From the IMG/VR virus record IMGVR_UViG_3300047489_000453, positions 72,788 through 136,787 of that record: a stretch of DNA of 64,000 nucleotides; one strand, written 5' to 3'. The position numbers and the translations under genes are program-made. Below the pieces are notes generated by a model. That model had not been told where the DNA came from. It saw nothing but the letters and a program-made list of their open reading frames with translations, and searched no databases. Shown here piece by piece: positions 28,861 to 38,119 of the stretch. Each line of letters opens with the position of its first letter. Within the stretch, counting starts at the first letter, position 1. This stretch comes from a virus.

Positions 28861-29418
28861 CTAAATATCTACAAGGTTCTCGGACATTTTAACTTTGGGC
28901 ACGTTATGGGCTTTCTTAAGGCTTGAATAAATTGCGCACCAATAAAAATTCTTATCTTTGTATCCAATCGACTTACCTATACCAAATCTGTCGTACTTTC
29001 CAAGAATTATGGCCTTATGGGACTCTGACGTAAACCATGACTTCATTAGCCCTTTAGCGTCTCCGTTTACAGAAAATGATATACATTCGCCAAGAAGCTC
29101 TGGTTCCCTGCCTACTATTGCCATTCTTTGGACTGGTCCAAAGAAGCTAAATCCCATATGTGAAACGCTTTGTGAATTAGACATCCATGTCGCATGTGAC
29201 TGGGCTACCAAGGCACAATCAGAGTCCATTACTAGCGGAGGCAGTTCATATACTTCCCTAGTTTTGTTGTGCAGCTCTAGTATTTCAACTGCCTCGGTAT
29301 TGGTTATCATGTTGTCATCCTTGACGGATGGCCTTGTGGGCCTAACGTCCATGATCATCCTAAGGAAGCTGCTTATAGCATTCATCAAAGTATTTACCAG
29401 CCTTCTACATTGTGCCAT
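28861..29418 (-). CDS. CAP/SCP domain protein
   Basis: HNKTR..LPPL, AQSHA.WM, H, GE.I, W..S.SH..IIL, GIG, YW. Confidence 0.85.
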   Translation of the reverse strand: MAQCRRLVNTLMNAISSFLRMIMDVRPTRPSVKDDNMITNTEAVEILELHNKTREVYELPPLVMDSDCALVAQSHATWMSNSQSVSHMGFSFFGPVQRMAIVGREPELLGECISFSVNGDAKGLMKSWFTSESHKAIILGKYDRFGIGKSIGYKDKNFYWCAIYSSLKKAHNVPKVKMSENLVDI

Positions 29419-31324
29419 ATTGTTGCTGTAATACCATCCTTGCGCCCTGGGTCTGGGCCTGCTGCCTAATATTATTTATGGTCTGTTTAACCAAGCTATG
29501 TATCACTGGATCCTGTGATTTAAGCTTTGTCATCTCAGACTGTCTCTGCGACTCTGGCATAGCAAGCATTTGATTTGCTAGAGCGTTTGCTTTGTCCTGT
29601 AGATCCTGTGGCGTGATCTTTTGGTTTGGAGCAGTAGGTGTGGCAATAGACATACCTTGGGCTGCCATACCAGCTGCCCCTGACGGAGGGGCGCTTTGAG
29701 CTGGGCCTGGAGGAGGCTGAGCACCAGCAGGAGCCTGCCCTCCGCCTTGATCTCCTTGAGCTTGAGATTGCATAAACTGAGTTGTGACAGACGGGGCCAT
29801 CTGCTCCATAAGGGCAGAATCCTCCATATTCTTTTGCATTTTGGCCTGCTCTTCTTGAACAAACCTTTGCTCGTCAAGAATCTGTCTCTGCTCTTCTTTG
29901 AAGTCCATTCCAAGACTGCGAAGCACGCCTGTTTGGCTAACCTGCTGTGCCTGCATAAGCTGCATCTTGGACATAATGAGCTGTACATCATCAAGAATGG
30001 TAGGCTTGATAAGGCGGCAAGTAGCCGGCTCCCATCCAAAAGCGTCGCCGATGGATTTGGTAGTCTCTGTAAGAAATCCGTTAAGGCAGTGTATTAGGTA
30101 CTGCCAGCTAGACTCAAATAGCCTTATAGCTGGAAGAGCCGCCTGTAGGCTTAGAGTGCCTCTGTACAATTCTGCTGGCATACCAAAGCCGTTTAACAGC
30201 ATATTTATACCTGATTCAAGCAGATCGGTAGGAGCCAGGTTTCTGGCTTCTCCGCCAAGCATTTGGTATTGAACAGGTGTGCTTAAGAAGTGCCATGACG
30301 CTGGGTCTCTGCGTCTCTTTCTTAACATAGCCTGAACCTGACCTCGTAACCCGCCAAGATCCATATTCATCAAAGGATCTCCAGCCTCTGGCAGCGAGCT
30401 TGATTGGGGCGCAGGAGTAAGCACTCTGAACGGTATTACATAGTCTAGAGCTATGGCTTCGTTATATCTGTGAAGGACTTGGCAATACCAGGCATGTCTG
30501 AAATTAACTAGCGTTCTAGAAATACCCCATCCTCTTGACCTAACTCCTGACAGGGTAGGTTCGTACATATGGTGCACGGCTTTCCTATCAAATAGCAAAA
30601 AACCGTTAGCTGCTATGGCTTCTACTATTTCCCATGGAGCAGTCTCTAAAACTTGAGGATCTCCCCTTCTTACCTGCATCCTATAGTCTTCTGGTATTCT
30701 CCAGAGATAGTCTCTGTTATCCCTGACAGGGTCGTACCTTACTTCCATCTCAAAAGCCGGCCACCTTCTTACTCTTACTTCCTCTGGCTCATTAGTTCTT
30801 CTGTCTACTCTTTTCCAGTGGCCGCTGTATTTACACCTTGGGCAATTTGCGTGGAAATCGGGCATTTTCCATTTAAAAGAAAAAGCTGGGTTATTAATTA
30901 CCTGCTTTAATGGAACGTCTAGACTGCACTGTGGGCAGTAAAGATAGCGCCTAAATGGAATTACTAGGGTTGTGAAGCTGTTACCGTAGCATAGAAAATC
31001 AAGGCCTACCGAATGCAGTATGGTCCTTATGTCTAGAGTATCATTTAGAAATGATAGGTACTTCTGCTTCTCGTCGTCGCCTATATCTTTATCGTTCAGG
31101 CCTCTAATCTCAATGTCAGTGATAAAATAGCTAAGAACTCTACGAGCCGCTTCACGAATCATTGAGTTTGAGTGAAATATGAATTCGCAATACCTCAAAG
31201 CATCCCTGATATTCTCAGGCATTACTGTTGATGCATAATCCATGAACGGATCTGGAAAAGGCTCGTCGCCCCTACTATTTAAAGCCCAGCCCCGTCCTAG
31301 CGCGCCTTCTGAGTAATCTGACAT
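29405..31324 (-). CDS. Probable portal protein with a Zn-ribbon insert
   Basis: 639 aa; RGWGISR / RYNEAIA..Y.IPFRV / GMPAELY pattern, Q/P-rich C-terminus and CxxC pairs; assignment by resemblance only. Confidence 0.55.
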   Translation of the reverse strand: MSDYSEGALGRGWALNSRGDEPFPDPFMDYASTVMPENIRDALRYCEFIFHSNSMIREAARRVLSYFITDIEIRGLNDKDIGDDEKQKYLSFLNDTLDIRTILHSVGLDFLCYGNSFTTLVIPFRRYLYCPQCSLDVPLKQVINNPAFSFKWKMPDFHANCPRCKYSGHWKRVDRRTNEPEEVRVRRWPAFEMEVRYDPVRDNRDYLWRIPEDYRMQVRRGDPQVLETAPWEIVEAIAANGFLLFDRKAVHHMYEPTLSGVRSRGWGISRTLVNFRHAWYCQVLHRYNEAIALDYVIPFRVLTPAPQSSSLPEAGDPLMNMDLGGLRGQVQAMLRKRRRDPASWHFLSTPVQYQMLGGEARNLAPTDLLESGINMLLNGFGMPAELYRGTLSLQAALPAIRLFESSWQYLIHCLNGFLTETTKSIGDAFGWEPATCRLIKPTILDDVQLIMSKMQLMQAQQVSQTGVLRSLGMDFKEEQRQILDEQRFVQEEQAKMQKNMEDSALMEQMAPSVTTQFMQSQAQGDQGGGQAPAGAQPPPGPAQSAPPSGAAGMAAQGMSIATPTAPNQKITPQDLQDKANALANQMLAMPESQRQSEMTKLKSQDPVIHSLVKQTINNIRQQAQTQGARMVLQQQYGTM

Positions 31325-31369
31325 ACAACAAGCCTCCTAAGGCCCACTAGAAACAATTGTTTTGTAAGA

Positions 31370-32128
31370 TTAAAGAACACCATTGCCTGGTTTAAATTCC
31401 TTGGGTTTCTCATCAATATAATCATAACCGCTTTGTGGAGACGCCTCCACTTCTTTATCCTTATCAATATTGTCCTTAACTTCGTCTGGAAGATCCTTTT
31501 CCTGGCTTATTGGAACCAGGCAATGCTCGTATGGGCCGAACTTATGGTGTATTGCTGGCGGCTTGATAAGGAACAAGCTATCTATGCCGTCAACCATAAC
31601 GCCTATAAAAGCAGCAGACTCATTAGCCAGCTTGCTTGTAAACGGATAAAACTCTCCTGAGCCAGCATACCTTAAGTCAGTTGTTAAAACCAGATAACCA
31701 GGAACTACTGTTACCCCATGATATTTGTAGTTCAAAGTTGCCAATCCAGGCATATCAAAATAAACTCTTACAGATGGCGGAATTACGGCAGAGTCTGGTA
31801 AAGGTGCTGACGGGTGGACATGATTACCGCCGTCTAAGGTAGGAGACACTGTGCCAAGATTAGGAGGCGGAGACCCGGTAAGATCGCTTCTAAATTTCTT
31901 CAAGTTTTCAGCTATTACCTTTGATCTGTCAGTCTCGCTTAAAGACCTTAGCTCATTTACCTTGTCTTGTTTGACAGCGTACGGGTTGCCGCCTAGAGAC
32001 TTCATAGCATTAAGGTCTATAGTGAATGAGTCTAGTTCATGGGGGTCTACTACTATTTTTGTTACGTTTTTGTTTGAATCTATGTTTGATCCATTGGTTA
32101 TAGAAGCCAGGCCATTATGATCATTCAT
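31370..32128 (-). CDS. Hypothetical phage protein
   Basis: 252-aa ORF with AAGGA RBS. Confidence 0.65.
   Translation of the reverse strand: MNDHNGLASITNGSNIDSNKNVTKIVVDPHELDSFTIDLNAMKSLGGNPYAVKQDKVNELRSLSETDRSKVIAENLKKFRSDLTGSPPPNLGTVSPTLDGGNHVHPSAPLPDSAVIPPSVRVYFDMPGLATLNYKYHGVTVVPGYLVLTTDLRYAGSGEFYPFTSKLANESAAFIGVMVDGIDSLFLIKPPAIHHKFGPYEHCLVPISQEKDLPDEVKDNIDKDKEVEASPQSGYDYIDEKPKEFKPGNGVL
31435..31450. repeat. Dispersed 16-bp palindrome copy (15/16)
   Basis: GTGGAGACGCCTCCAC inside a CDS. Confidence 0.8.
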
Positions 32129-32204
32129 CTGTTATTCCTTTCGTTTACCTAACAATGTTAGTTTATAATCTAACTTTTTACTGTTTTACGTCTGAATAAG
32201 CAAC

Positions 32205-32369
32205 ATGATATCAATAGAAAGGATTATAAGTTTTCTTGAAGAAGTCCAATTATTTATTGAGACTAGCACTTGGTTCCATTATGTTTTTGCCTTGTCTGCC
32301 GTATATCTTACGATTAACGCCCCGCTTATTATAGACTACTTATTAGGCAGTGATCCTTTTGATGGCTAA
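32205..32369 (+). CDS. Small plus-strand membrane peptide (54 aa)
   Basis: MISIERIISFLEEVQLFIETSTWFHYVFALSAVYLTINAPLIIDYLLGSDPFDG; fills the gap and ends at a bidirectional terminator. Confidence 0.4.
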   Translation: MISIERIISFLEEVQLFIETSTWFHYVFALSAVYLTINAPLIIDYLLGSDPFDG

Positions 32370-32374
32370 TAGCT

Positions 32375-32409
32375 AAAAAAAATCACAGGAGCGAACTCCT
32401 GTGATTTTT
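32375..32409. terminator. Bidirectional intrinsic terminator followed on the minus strand by TTTTAGCTAT
   Basis: AAAAATCACAGGAG-CGAA-CTCCTGTGATTTTT. Confidence 0.8.
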
Positions 32410-32608
32410 GGTTAGTCTTCGTAGATCATCTCTACGACCTCTAACCGGTAGCAGTCGTTACCAAGAAAGTTTTCTAGCTTCTTGGTCAGGTCAAGCATTG
32501 ATTCTGCTTTGACCATGGTTCTATACTGCCCTCCGCCTGGGAGTACAGTCCTGGATGGGCAGGGGTAAAGCCACGCTATTACTGCGTAGCTTGTTTCATC
32601 TTTTTCTT

Positions 32609-32803
32609 CTATTGTACTATCTCCTTATAAAAGGGATAAACCTTAACAACATAAACTTCAACAGTGTTATTCGAAACCGTCTCTATCCTAACGTCGCCAA
32701 TGAAGTTGTTTTCATCGGCAAATTTTAACGCTTTATGGACTATCTGTCTTTCCAATACAGTATCCAAAGACCAGTTGTTACAAACTTCAGCCTGAAGAAT
32801 CAT
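32609..32803 (-). CDS. Hypothetical protein
   Basis: GGAGG RBS. Confidence 0.55.
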   Translation of the reverse strand: MILQAEVCNNWSLDTVLERQIVHKALKFADENNFIGDVRIETVSNNTVEVYVVKVYPFYKEIVQ

Positions 32804-32824
32804 AGTAACGTAACCTCCGTGTTA

Positions 32825-33440
32825 AAAAATGAACCGGGTCTATCAAAACGAATGATTTAGTTTGATAGACCCGGCCTGGTATGACGCCCGCCCAGACAGA
32901 ATAGTTACAAGACCGAAGTCTTTTATTCCCTGAGGCCGAACGGCGTTTTTGAGAAGATCGCTCAGACCTGGCTTTAGTTGACTAGCAGGGTTGAAAGCTT
33001 ATAGCAGTAACCCAAGGCCAACAACACCAGCTGTTAGGTATAGTAATCCGCCGACGCTAATCGACAAACCTCTATACTAGCCGAACACCTTCTCCCCGTT
33101 AGATAATGCTACTTCACGGTTTAGGCAGCATTCTGACTAGGCGCTCTGGAACTAAGGGTATATCGAAACGAGTCAGACTAGTTATTAAAGGCTTGCGCCC
33201 TTAAAGGTCAGAATGAGGTATTCGAAACGGCCTAAGCCTTATCTTAGCTCTGATCGACCTGGAAGTAGGTAGGCAAACTTATTACTGCGTTGGCGCTACT
33301 TGCGAGTCGCACGAAACCCGGTAAGAGAGGTATGTGTTTTATACTCTCCGCAGGGTAAGGCAGCAATGAGCCAGCTACGTACTCAGACTGGAGACGTCAG
33401 ATTCTCCGGCCACCGGAACTAATTGCTCAGCTCCGATACG
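32825..33440 (-). ncRNA. Candidate large (~600 nt) structured non-coding RNA
   Basis: No ORF of 60 aa or more; GCAA- and UUCG-capped hairpins with G-U pairs on the minus strand; long-range 9-bp helix; terminal 14-bp stem with a U tract. Confidence 0.65.
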
Positions 33441-33445
33441 AAGGA

Positions 33446-34135
33446 TTACTCCTCCGATTTTTTTATTACCTTGCTTTTCTTAGCAAGGTTATAGCCCATT
33501 CCCAGCTTATTAAGCTGGTGCTGAAAGCCGTATTGGGTTATGAAGTTTCCTTCATCACCCAGTAGGCCCTCAAAATCATAACACTGCGGGTTATCATCCC
33601 CCAGAACGAACCCCTCTGGGAGGAGTTCGTTGGGGATGAAAGTAAAATCCCCCATTTTATTTTTTATTAAGGTTTGGTAAAGAGCGTCCAGCTTTTTAGG
33701 CTCGTTAGAGCCCGCAAACCTGGACAACCCACCTATATCCAACACGTCTAAGTCTGGTACCTGACTTTCTAAAAAGCCGGTCACCAGTTTTGGTTGTCTC
33801 ATGTGAACGCATTCCTGCGTCGACAGCCTAGCCTCCGCTAGGCAAGCAGCTGCCGCCACATACGGGTTTTTTCCCAGCCCGTGAAGGGCTGGTATGAACG
33901 AGCAGACTGCCTGGCGCTTGCCATCGCGCCACTGCCATATGGTAACCGAACGGTTACCATATCTGGACAGACATATTACCTTTTCAATAGGTAATATTTT
34001 GTTGAGCAGCACTGTCTTTGGCTTCTCTGGAAGCCAACACATCCACGCTTTGTCGTCGAACTTCCCACCAAATATCCTTTTTACTCCTAGTTCGGCGACC
34101 TGATCCATAGAAACCTCAGACGCTACTACATCCAT
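33446..34135 (-). CDS. Hypothetical protein
   Basis: AGGAG RBS; 229 aa. Confidence 0.65.
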   Translation of the reverse strand: MDVVASEVSMDQVAELGVKRIFGGKFDDKAWMCWLPEKPKTVLLNKILPIEKVICLSRYGNRSVTIWQWRDGKRQAVCSFIPALHGLGKNPYVAAAACLAEARLSTQECVHMRQPKLVTGFLESQVPDLDVLDIGGLSRFAGSNEPKKLDALYQTLIKNKMGDFTFIPNELLPEGFVLGDDNPQCYDFEGLLGDEGNFITQYGFQHQLNKLGMGYNLAKKSKVIKKSEE

Positions 34136-34154
34136 GACTGACTCCTTTCATGGG

Positions 34155-34406
34155 CTACCTTCTGGGCAGCCATTTAACGCTGTCAAAAGGGACAGCTACC
34201 TTGGTGCGCCTTGCACCTCTATCGCCACCTTTAAGGGTGCAGATAAGTCTGTTCCCCTTAGAGTGGCGGCGAGTAACTTCTATGTACTCGCCATCTATTA
34301 GGACATGCGGCTTCAAGGGAAGCCTCTTATTCCCCTTGTTTGAGCCTTTACTAAAAGCCCAAACAAGGAACCCTATGATGGATATGGCAAATAATGCTTC
34401 CATTGG
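34155..34406 (-). CDS. Small TM-anchored protein downstream of promoter motif copy D
   Basis: AAGGA before MEALF; hydrophobic N-terminus. Confidence 0.55.
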   Translation of the reverse strand, partial: PMEALFAISIIGFLVWAFSKGSNKGNKRLPLKPHVLIDGEYIEVTRRHSKGNRLICTLKGGDRGARRTKVAVPFDSVKWLPRR

Positions 34407-34447
34407 GTGTCCTTTCTTGTCGCCAATAACACATGGCAACATAATAT

Positions 34448-34474
34448 TATGACGCGTTTTTGCCCTGAATTTAG
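34448..34474 (-). promoter_or_regulatory. Promoter motif copy D (CTAAATTC-N11-GCGTCATA)
   Basis: Same spacing as the cassette promoters. Confidence 0.55.
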
Positions 34475-34476
34475 GG

Positions 34477-34824
34477 CTAGGAATTGAACTCTTCGTCGTC
34501 GTCGATCACATCTGGATCATCAAAAAGAAAGCCGTCTACGTCTATCTCGACGGAGTCATCGACATGGGTAAGATCGGCTTCGATAATGTTGTTACTTGAT
34601 ATAAGCTTTCTTGGAGGAAGTGAAATGTGCCATCTCTCGCCTTTGACTATAAAGCAAGATACTCTTTTCTTGACTAGTTTTCTAAGCTCAACTACAAGGT
34701 CGTCCTTGGCAGTAAACTCCTTGCACTCGGGCTTTCCAAAATCAGGCACCACTATCAGATAGAACTTGTCAGGGTTGCTATCTTCAGCATGGCCTGTTTC
34801 AGGTTCGCTCTGGCCATTGTGCAT
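34477..34824 (-). CDS. Hypothetical protein
   Basis: Acidic C-terminus; in operon. Confidence 0.6.
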   Translation of the reverse strand: MHNGQSEPETGHAEDSNPDKFYLIVVPDFGKPECKEFTAKDDLVVELRKLVKKRVSCFIVKGERWHISLPPRKLISSNNIIEADLTHVDDSVEIDVDGFLFDDPDVIDDDEEFNS

Positions 34825-35098
34825 CTGGTCCGCCTTCATAAATAATCGTCAAGGCAATTAATACTGCTCGGCTAGTCATATCCTTGTCGAGCCACCGGCT
34901 GCTAATTCCTGGTGGAGACGTAGACACAATTGTAACCCTGTTAGTAGCAACCCAATAGTTAATAGACTCGTCCAGAGGCTCAGTTACTTTAACCAGTCTC
35001 CAGTCATCAGGCGCTGCTCCTGCTGGTCGCTCGTATATTCTTTCTTCCACGAAAGTTTTAGTCTTTAAAAGCCTGGACTCATTGGTCGAGTGGTTCAT
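34799..35098 (-). CDS. Hypothetical protein
   Basis: In operon. Confidence 0.55.
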   Translation of the reverse strand: MNHSTNESRLLKTKTFVEERIYERPAGAAPDDWRLVKVTEPLDESINYWVATNRVTIVSTSPPGISSRWLDKDMTSRAVLIALTIIYEGGPDAQWPERT

Positions 35099-35744
35099 TA
35101 TTAATAGCCCTCATTAACCTTATAGCTTCCCTATCTGCCGGTTTTTTAACTAGCTGTGGTACAGGGTAACCTGTGCATATCCAGCTGCAGGCAGATCCTT
35201 TTAGATCCCAAACATAAGGTTCTATGAACTTTCCTGGCATCTTCGGGTCAGGTATCTTAACCTTTACAGCCTCACAAAGAAACATGTAATTTTTGGCCCT
35301 ATTTAGAATAGTCATCTTTCCAATAGCTTTTTCTATATGTGGCCAGTGCTCAATTGAAGTAAAAGCCAACATCCTGTCATGGCCGCCGCTGTTGTCAATA
35401 AAGTCAAAGTTACTGAATAACTTTCGGTTAAAAGTAAGAATGTTTACAACATCGTCTTTGCCACACCAGGCCTGATATTCGGCAAGGGGGTCAAAGTCTA
35501 ATCCTCCCTTTGAGAACAGGGACGTATGGTTAAAGAATACGAAGTCCGAGGACAAGTCAGATAGCGAGCTAGACACATCAGCCCTTTTAAGAGGGGGCAT
35601 CTTTTTGAGCTCTTCGGCTGACGGGGTATCTATTCTGCCGTCAACAATGCCTTCCTCTACCGGAACTTTTCCTATTAGCTCATACTCCGGTATGGACTTC
35701 ATGTAGTCTTCTACAACTTCTTGTGATAATCTCTTGCCGCTCAT
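35079..35744 (-). CDS. Hypothetical protein
   Basis: 221-aa ORF. Confidence 0.65.
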   Translation of the reverse strand: MSGKRLSQEVVEDYMKSIPEYELIGKVPVEEGIVDGRIDTPSAEELKKMPPLKRADVSSSLSDLSSDFVFFNHTSLFSKGGLDFDPLAEYQAWCGKDDVVNILTFNRKLFSNFDFIDNSGGHDRMLAFTSIEHWPHIEKAIGKMTILNRAKNYMFLCEAVKVKIPDPKMPGKFIEPYVWDLKGSACSWICTGYPVPQLVKKPADREAIRLMRAINNEPLDQ

Positions 35745-35746
35745 TA

Positions 35747-36742
35747 TTATTTCCTAGGTATGGTTAGCACTATATTTGAGTGTTTATCCCTTACAAAAAC
35801 ACTGGTCTCGTCTGAGAAGCATTCGTAATAGTTAGACTTGTCAACCATTATTGATAAAGCCTCAGAGTCTTTTACTTTATCGTCAGAGTCGGCTTCCTGG
35901 AAAGCTAGAAAGACTACGCCTCTGGCGCACGTACTTAGTGTGCAATTGTTAAAGCACATATGGGCCTTTTTAAGGCTGGTATAGTTCTTTTCAGAATAAC
36001 CGTACCCGGCGCTCAGCTCGTCTACAACCATGACTTCAAGAGTTTTAAGTTTGCTGCCCTCGGCCATTAAATCTTTAATACCGCCACTACTGCGGCATTT
36101 TAATCTACCCTGCCAGTCTTCAGGTTTGACTCTTTTATAGTTTTTATTGAGCTTTTTGTTAAAGGTTTTAAGGCTTAGATGCAGGCAGCAATTTTCATTA
36201 ATTTCACACCTATCTAGGACATGAGCTATTACTGCGTCTAGGTCTTCGCGTTTACCGAGGAAAATATTAGGCACGTTGGAATTGATAATGTCGTCATTAT
36301 CAAACCCAGCGTCAAACCTTTGCATATACTTTTCCCTGTTGTACACAGGTTTAAGAGACGGCATAGCTTTAGTGGACGCTGCCTGCTTGATCTTAACTAC
36401 ATTGTCAGAAAGGTACTTGGAGGCCTTTCCGCATGCCTTTGAGATTCTAAACGATTCTATAGGCGTAGCCTTGGCTATATGGATTACATCTTTTTTCAGC
36501 TTTTCAACGGACGCCTCGTCAGCGCCCATGGCTACTGCTTTTGACTTAATATCGTCAAGCGCCGCTTTTTCCAGCATTCTAGACAGCCTTAAGGCGTCCA
36601 TAAAATACAGGCTGCTGGTGTTGTCTCCTGTCTCAAGTAAAAGACTTTTGAAAGAGTCCTTTGTAGCCTCAGTTATTTTCCTGTTACTTACTCTCATTGC
36701 CGTTATCCTTTCTTTTATCAAATCCCATTCCATATTGCTCAA
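35747..36742 (-). CDS. Hypothetical protein (possibly a degenerate P-loop fold)
   Basis: 331 aa; VMVVDE resembles Walker B but there is no Walker A. Confidence 0.55.
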   Translation of the reverse strand: MSNMEWDLIKERITAMRVSNRKITEATKDSFKSLLLETGDNTSSLYFMDALRLSRMLEKAALDDIKSKAVAMGADEASVEKLKKDVIHIAKATPIESFRISKACGKASKYLSDNVVKIKQAASTKAMPSLKPVYNREKYMQRFDAGFDNDDIINSNVPNIFLGKREDLDAVIAHVLDRCEINENCCLHLSLKTFNKKLNKNYKRVKPEDWQGRLKCRSSGGIKDLMAEGSKLKTLEVMVVDELSAGYGYSEKNYTSLKKAHMCFNNCTLSTCARGVVFLAFQEADSDDKVKDSEALSIMVDKSNYYECFSDETSVFVRDKHSNIVLTIPRK

Positions 36743-37325
36743 CTGCTAGAGCGCAAACATATACGGAATCGGCTATGTTATCAACTCCAGAACTTTCATA
36801 TCCTTCAGGGTCAAAGTCAAATCCAAACTCGTTATTACAAGCTTTGATTATATCTACCTTGTTGGCATTACCTTTTCCAGTTGCTCTTTTCTTTATAGTA
36901 CCTATAGGCATTCCAGTGCAGGGTACACTGTTTTCTTCGGCCCAAGTGCTTACTGTGGCTTTGAGGGCTCCAAACCATTCGCAGGCAGGAGCGGCTCTTG
37001 CCAGTAAAGCTCCGGCACTCATAAAGCCTGTTCCGCTAGGAGGTGTATATCTTACGTCTTCATACGCAATAAGATCAGGTTTTATAGCTGACAAGAAATG
37101 CCTCAACCTAATAAACCTTATAGCGCCGGAATCATACGGCCCAGCCGACAAGTCTAACTGACCGGCATAAATTCTGGACTTGTTTATTCTGTCGTCTACG
37201 AAGCAATACGAGTAGCCGCAGTTCGTTCCAAGGTCTAAGCCTAGCACTGTCGCCATTCCAGTTACTTTGTTTAAAGCAACTTTTTCGGCCAGTTCGTCGG
37301 GATATCTTTCTACGTTTAGTTTCAT
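36684..37325 (-). CDS. ruvC: RuvC-like Holliday junction resolvase
   Basis: VLGLDLG, IAYE, IKKRATGKGNANK, DNIADS. Confidence 0.85.
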   Translation of the reverse strand: MKLNVERYPDELAEKVALNKVTGMATVLGLDLGTNCGYSYCFVDDRINKSRIYAGQLDLSAGPYDSGAIRFIRLRHFLSAIKPDLIAYEDVRYTPPSGTGFMSAGALLARAAPACEWFGALKATVSTWAEENSVPCTGMPIGTIKKRATGKGNANKVDIIKACNNEFGFDFDPEGYESSGVDNIADSVYVCALAVEQYGMGFDKRKDNGNESK

Positions 37326-38104
37326 TTAACAGCTTTCATAATTGAATTTTTTGCTGACTCACAAAGTTTTCTGTATTCCTCAAACAAGTAATGCGTAAGT
37401 CTGCAGTCGTAATCAGCCTCGTGGGCTGACCCAGTCATGTTGTACTTGTTGACTAGGTCGTACTTCTTGGCACAATGCCTGTCTAACGATGAGTATATTC
37501 GGCCTCCCTCGTTAACAAGTCTAGATGTAAAACTAAGCCAGTTATCGTCTTGAAACGGAGTTATTTTACTCTGCAGGCCTCTTTCTATGGCCATGGTGTC
37601 AAAGTAATTTATACCCATTTTATCAAACTCAAAGTTCTCGTGATCGCCCAGTACTTGTTTTATATTATTATTCAACATTGGCTGGTCGAATCTTAGCCCG
37701 TTATGTGCTATCAGGCTGAAGTTATGGGACTTACAGATTTTTATAATATCCAAAAAATTTGTAAAAGCCTCATGAACAGGGACACCGTCCTTTTTCATTC
37801 TTTCAATACTATGCTTGTATGCCAGCTCTTGGTTATTGCTACGAGCCTGCATGTTGGCTCGGGTTGTAGCCATTCTGTTTTCAAGCCAGTCGCAAAAATG
37901 CTTATCTTTGTTATGTGTCCAGTCTGGAGTATAGTTGGAGCACTCAATAAGCTCTTTGTTGACTACAACGGCGTATCCTAGTTGAACCACTAGGTCGTTA
38001 TTGAAGTCCAGGCCTGTTGTTTCAATATCAAAAACCAAATAGTTTACTGGCAGAGGTCCAAGCTTGGACACTGTCTGCAGTAACCATATACTGCCGTCAT
38101 CCAT
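37322..38104 (-). CDS. DEDDh 3'-5' exonuclease
   Basis: FDIETTG, AHNGLRFD, DT, AHEADYD. Confidence 0.88.
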   Translation of the reverse strand: MDDGSIWLLQTVSKLGPLPVNYLVFDIETTGLDFNNDLVVQLGYAVVVNKELIECSNYTPDWTHNKDKHFCDWLENRMATTRANMQARSNNQELAYKHSIERMKKDGVPVHEAFTNFLDIIKICKSHNFSLIAHNGLRFDQPMLNNNIKQVLGDHENFEFDKMGINYFDTMAIERGLQSKITPFQDDNWLSFTSRLVNEGGRIYSSLDRHCAKKYDLVNKYNMTGSAHEADYDCRLTHYLFEEYRKLCESAKNSIMKAVK

Positions 38105-38119
38105 GACTATCCGATCGCA

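Noticed and set aside
29578-30039. 153-aa alternative-frame ORF inside the portal gene
   Set aside because: Arises from the Q/P/A-rich codon bias of the portal tail; no independent evidence.
32825-33440. Group I/II intron, tmRNA, RNase P or hammerhead ribozyme
   Set aside because: No P/Q/R/S or domain V consensus, no tRNA-like ends, no GAGGAAAGUCC, no CUGANGA-GAAA core, and no interrupted gene.
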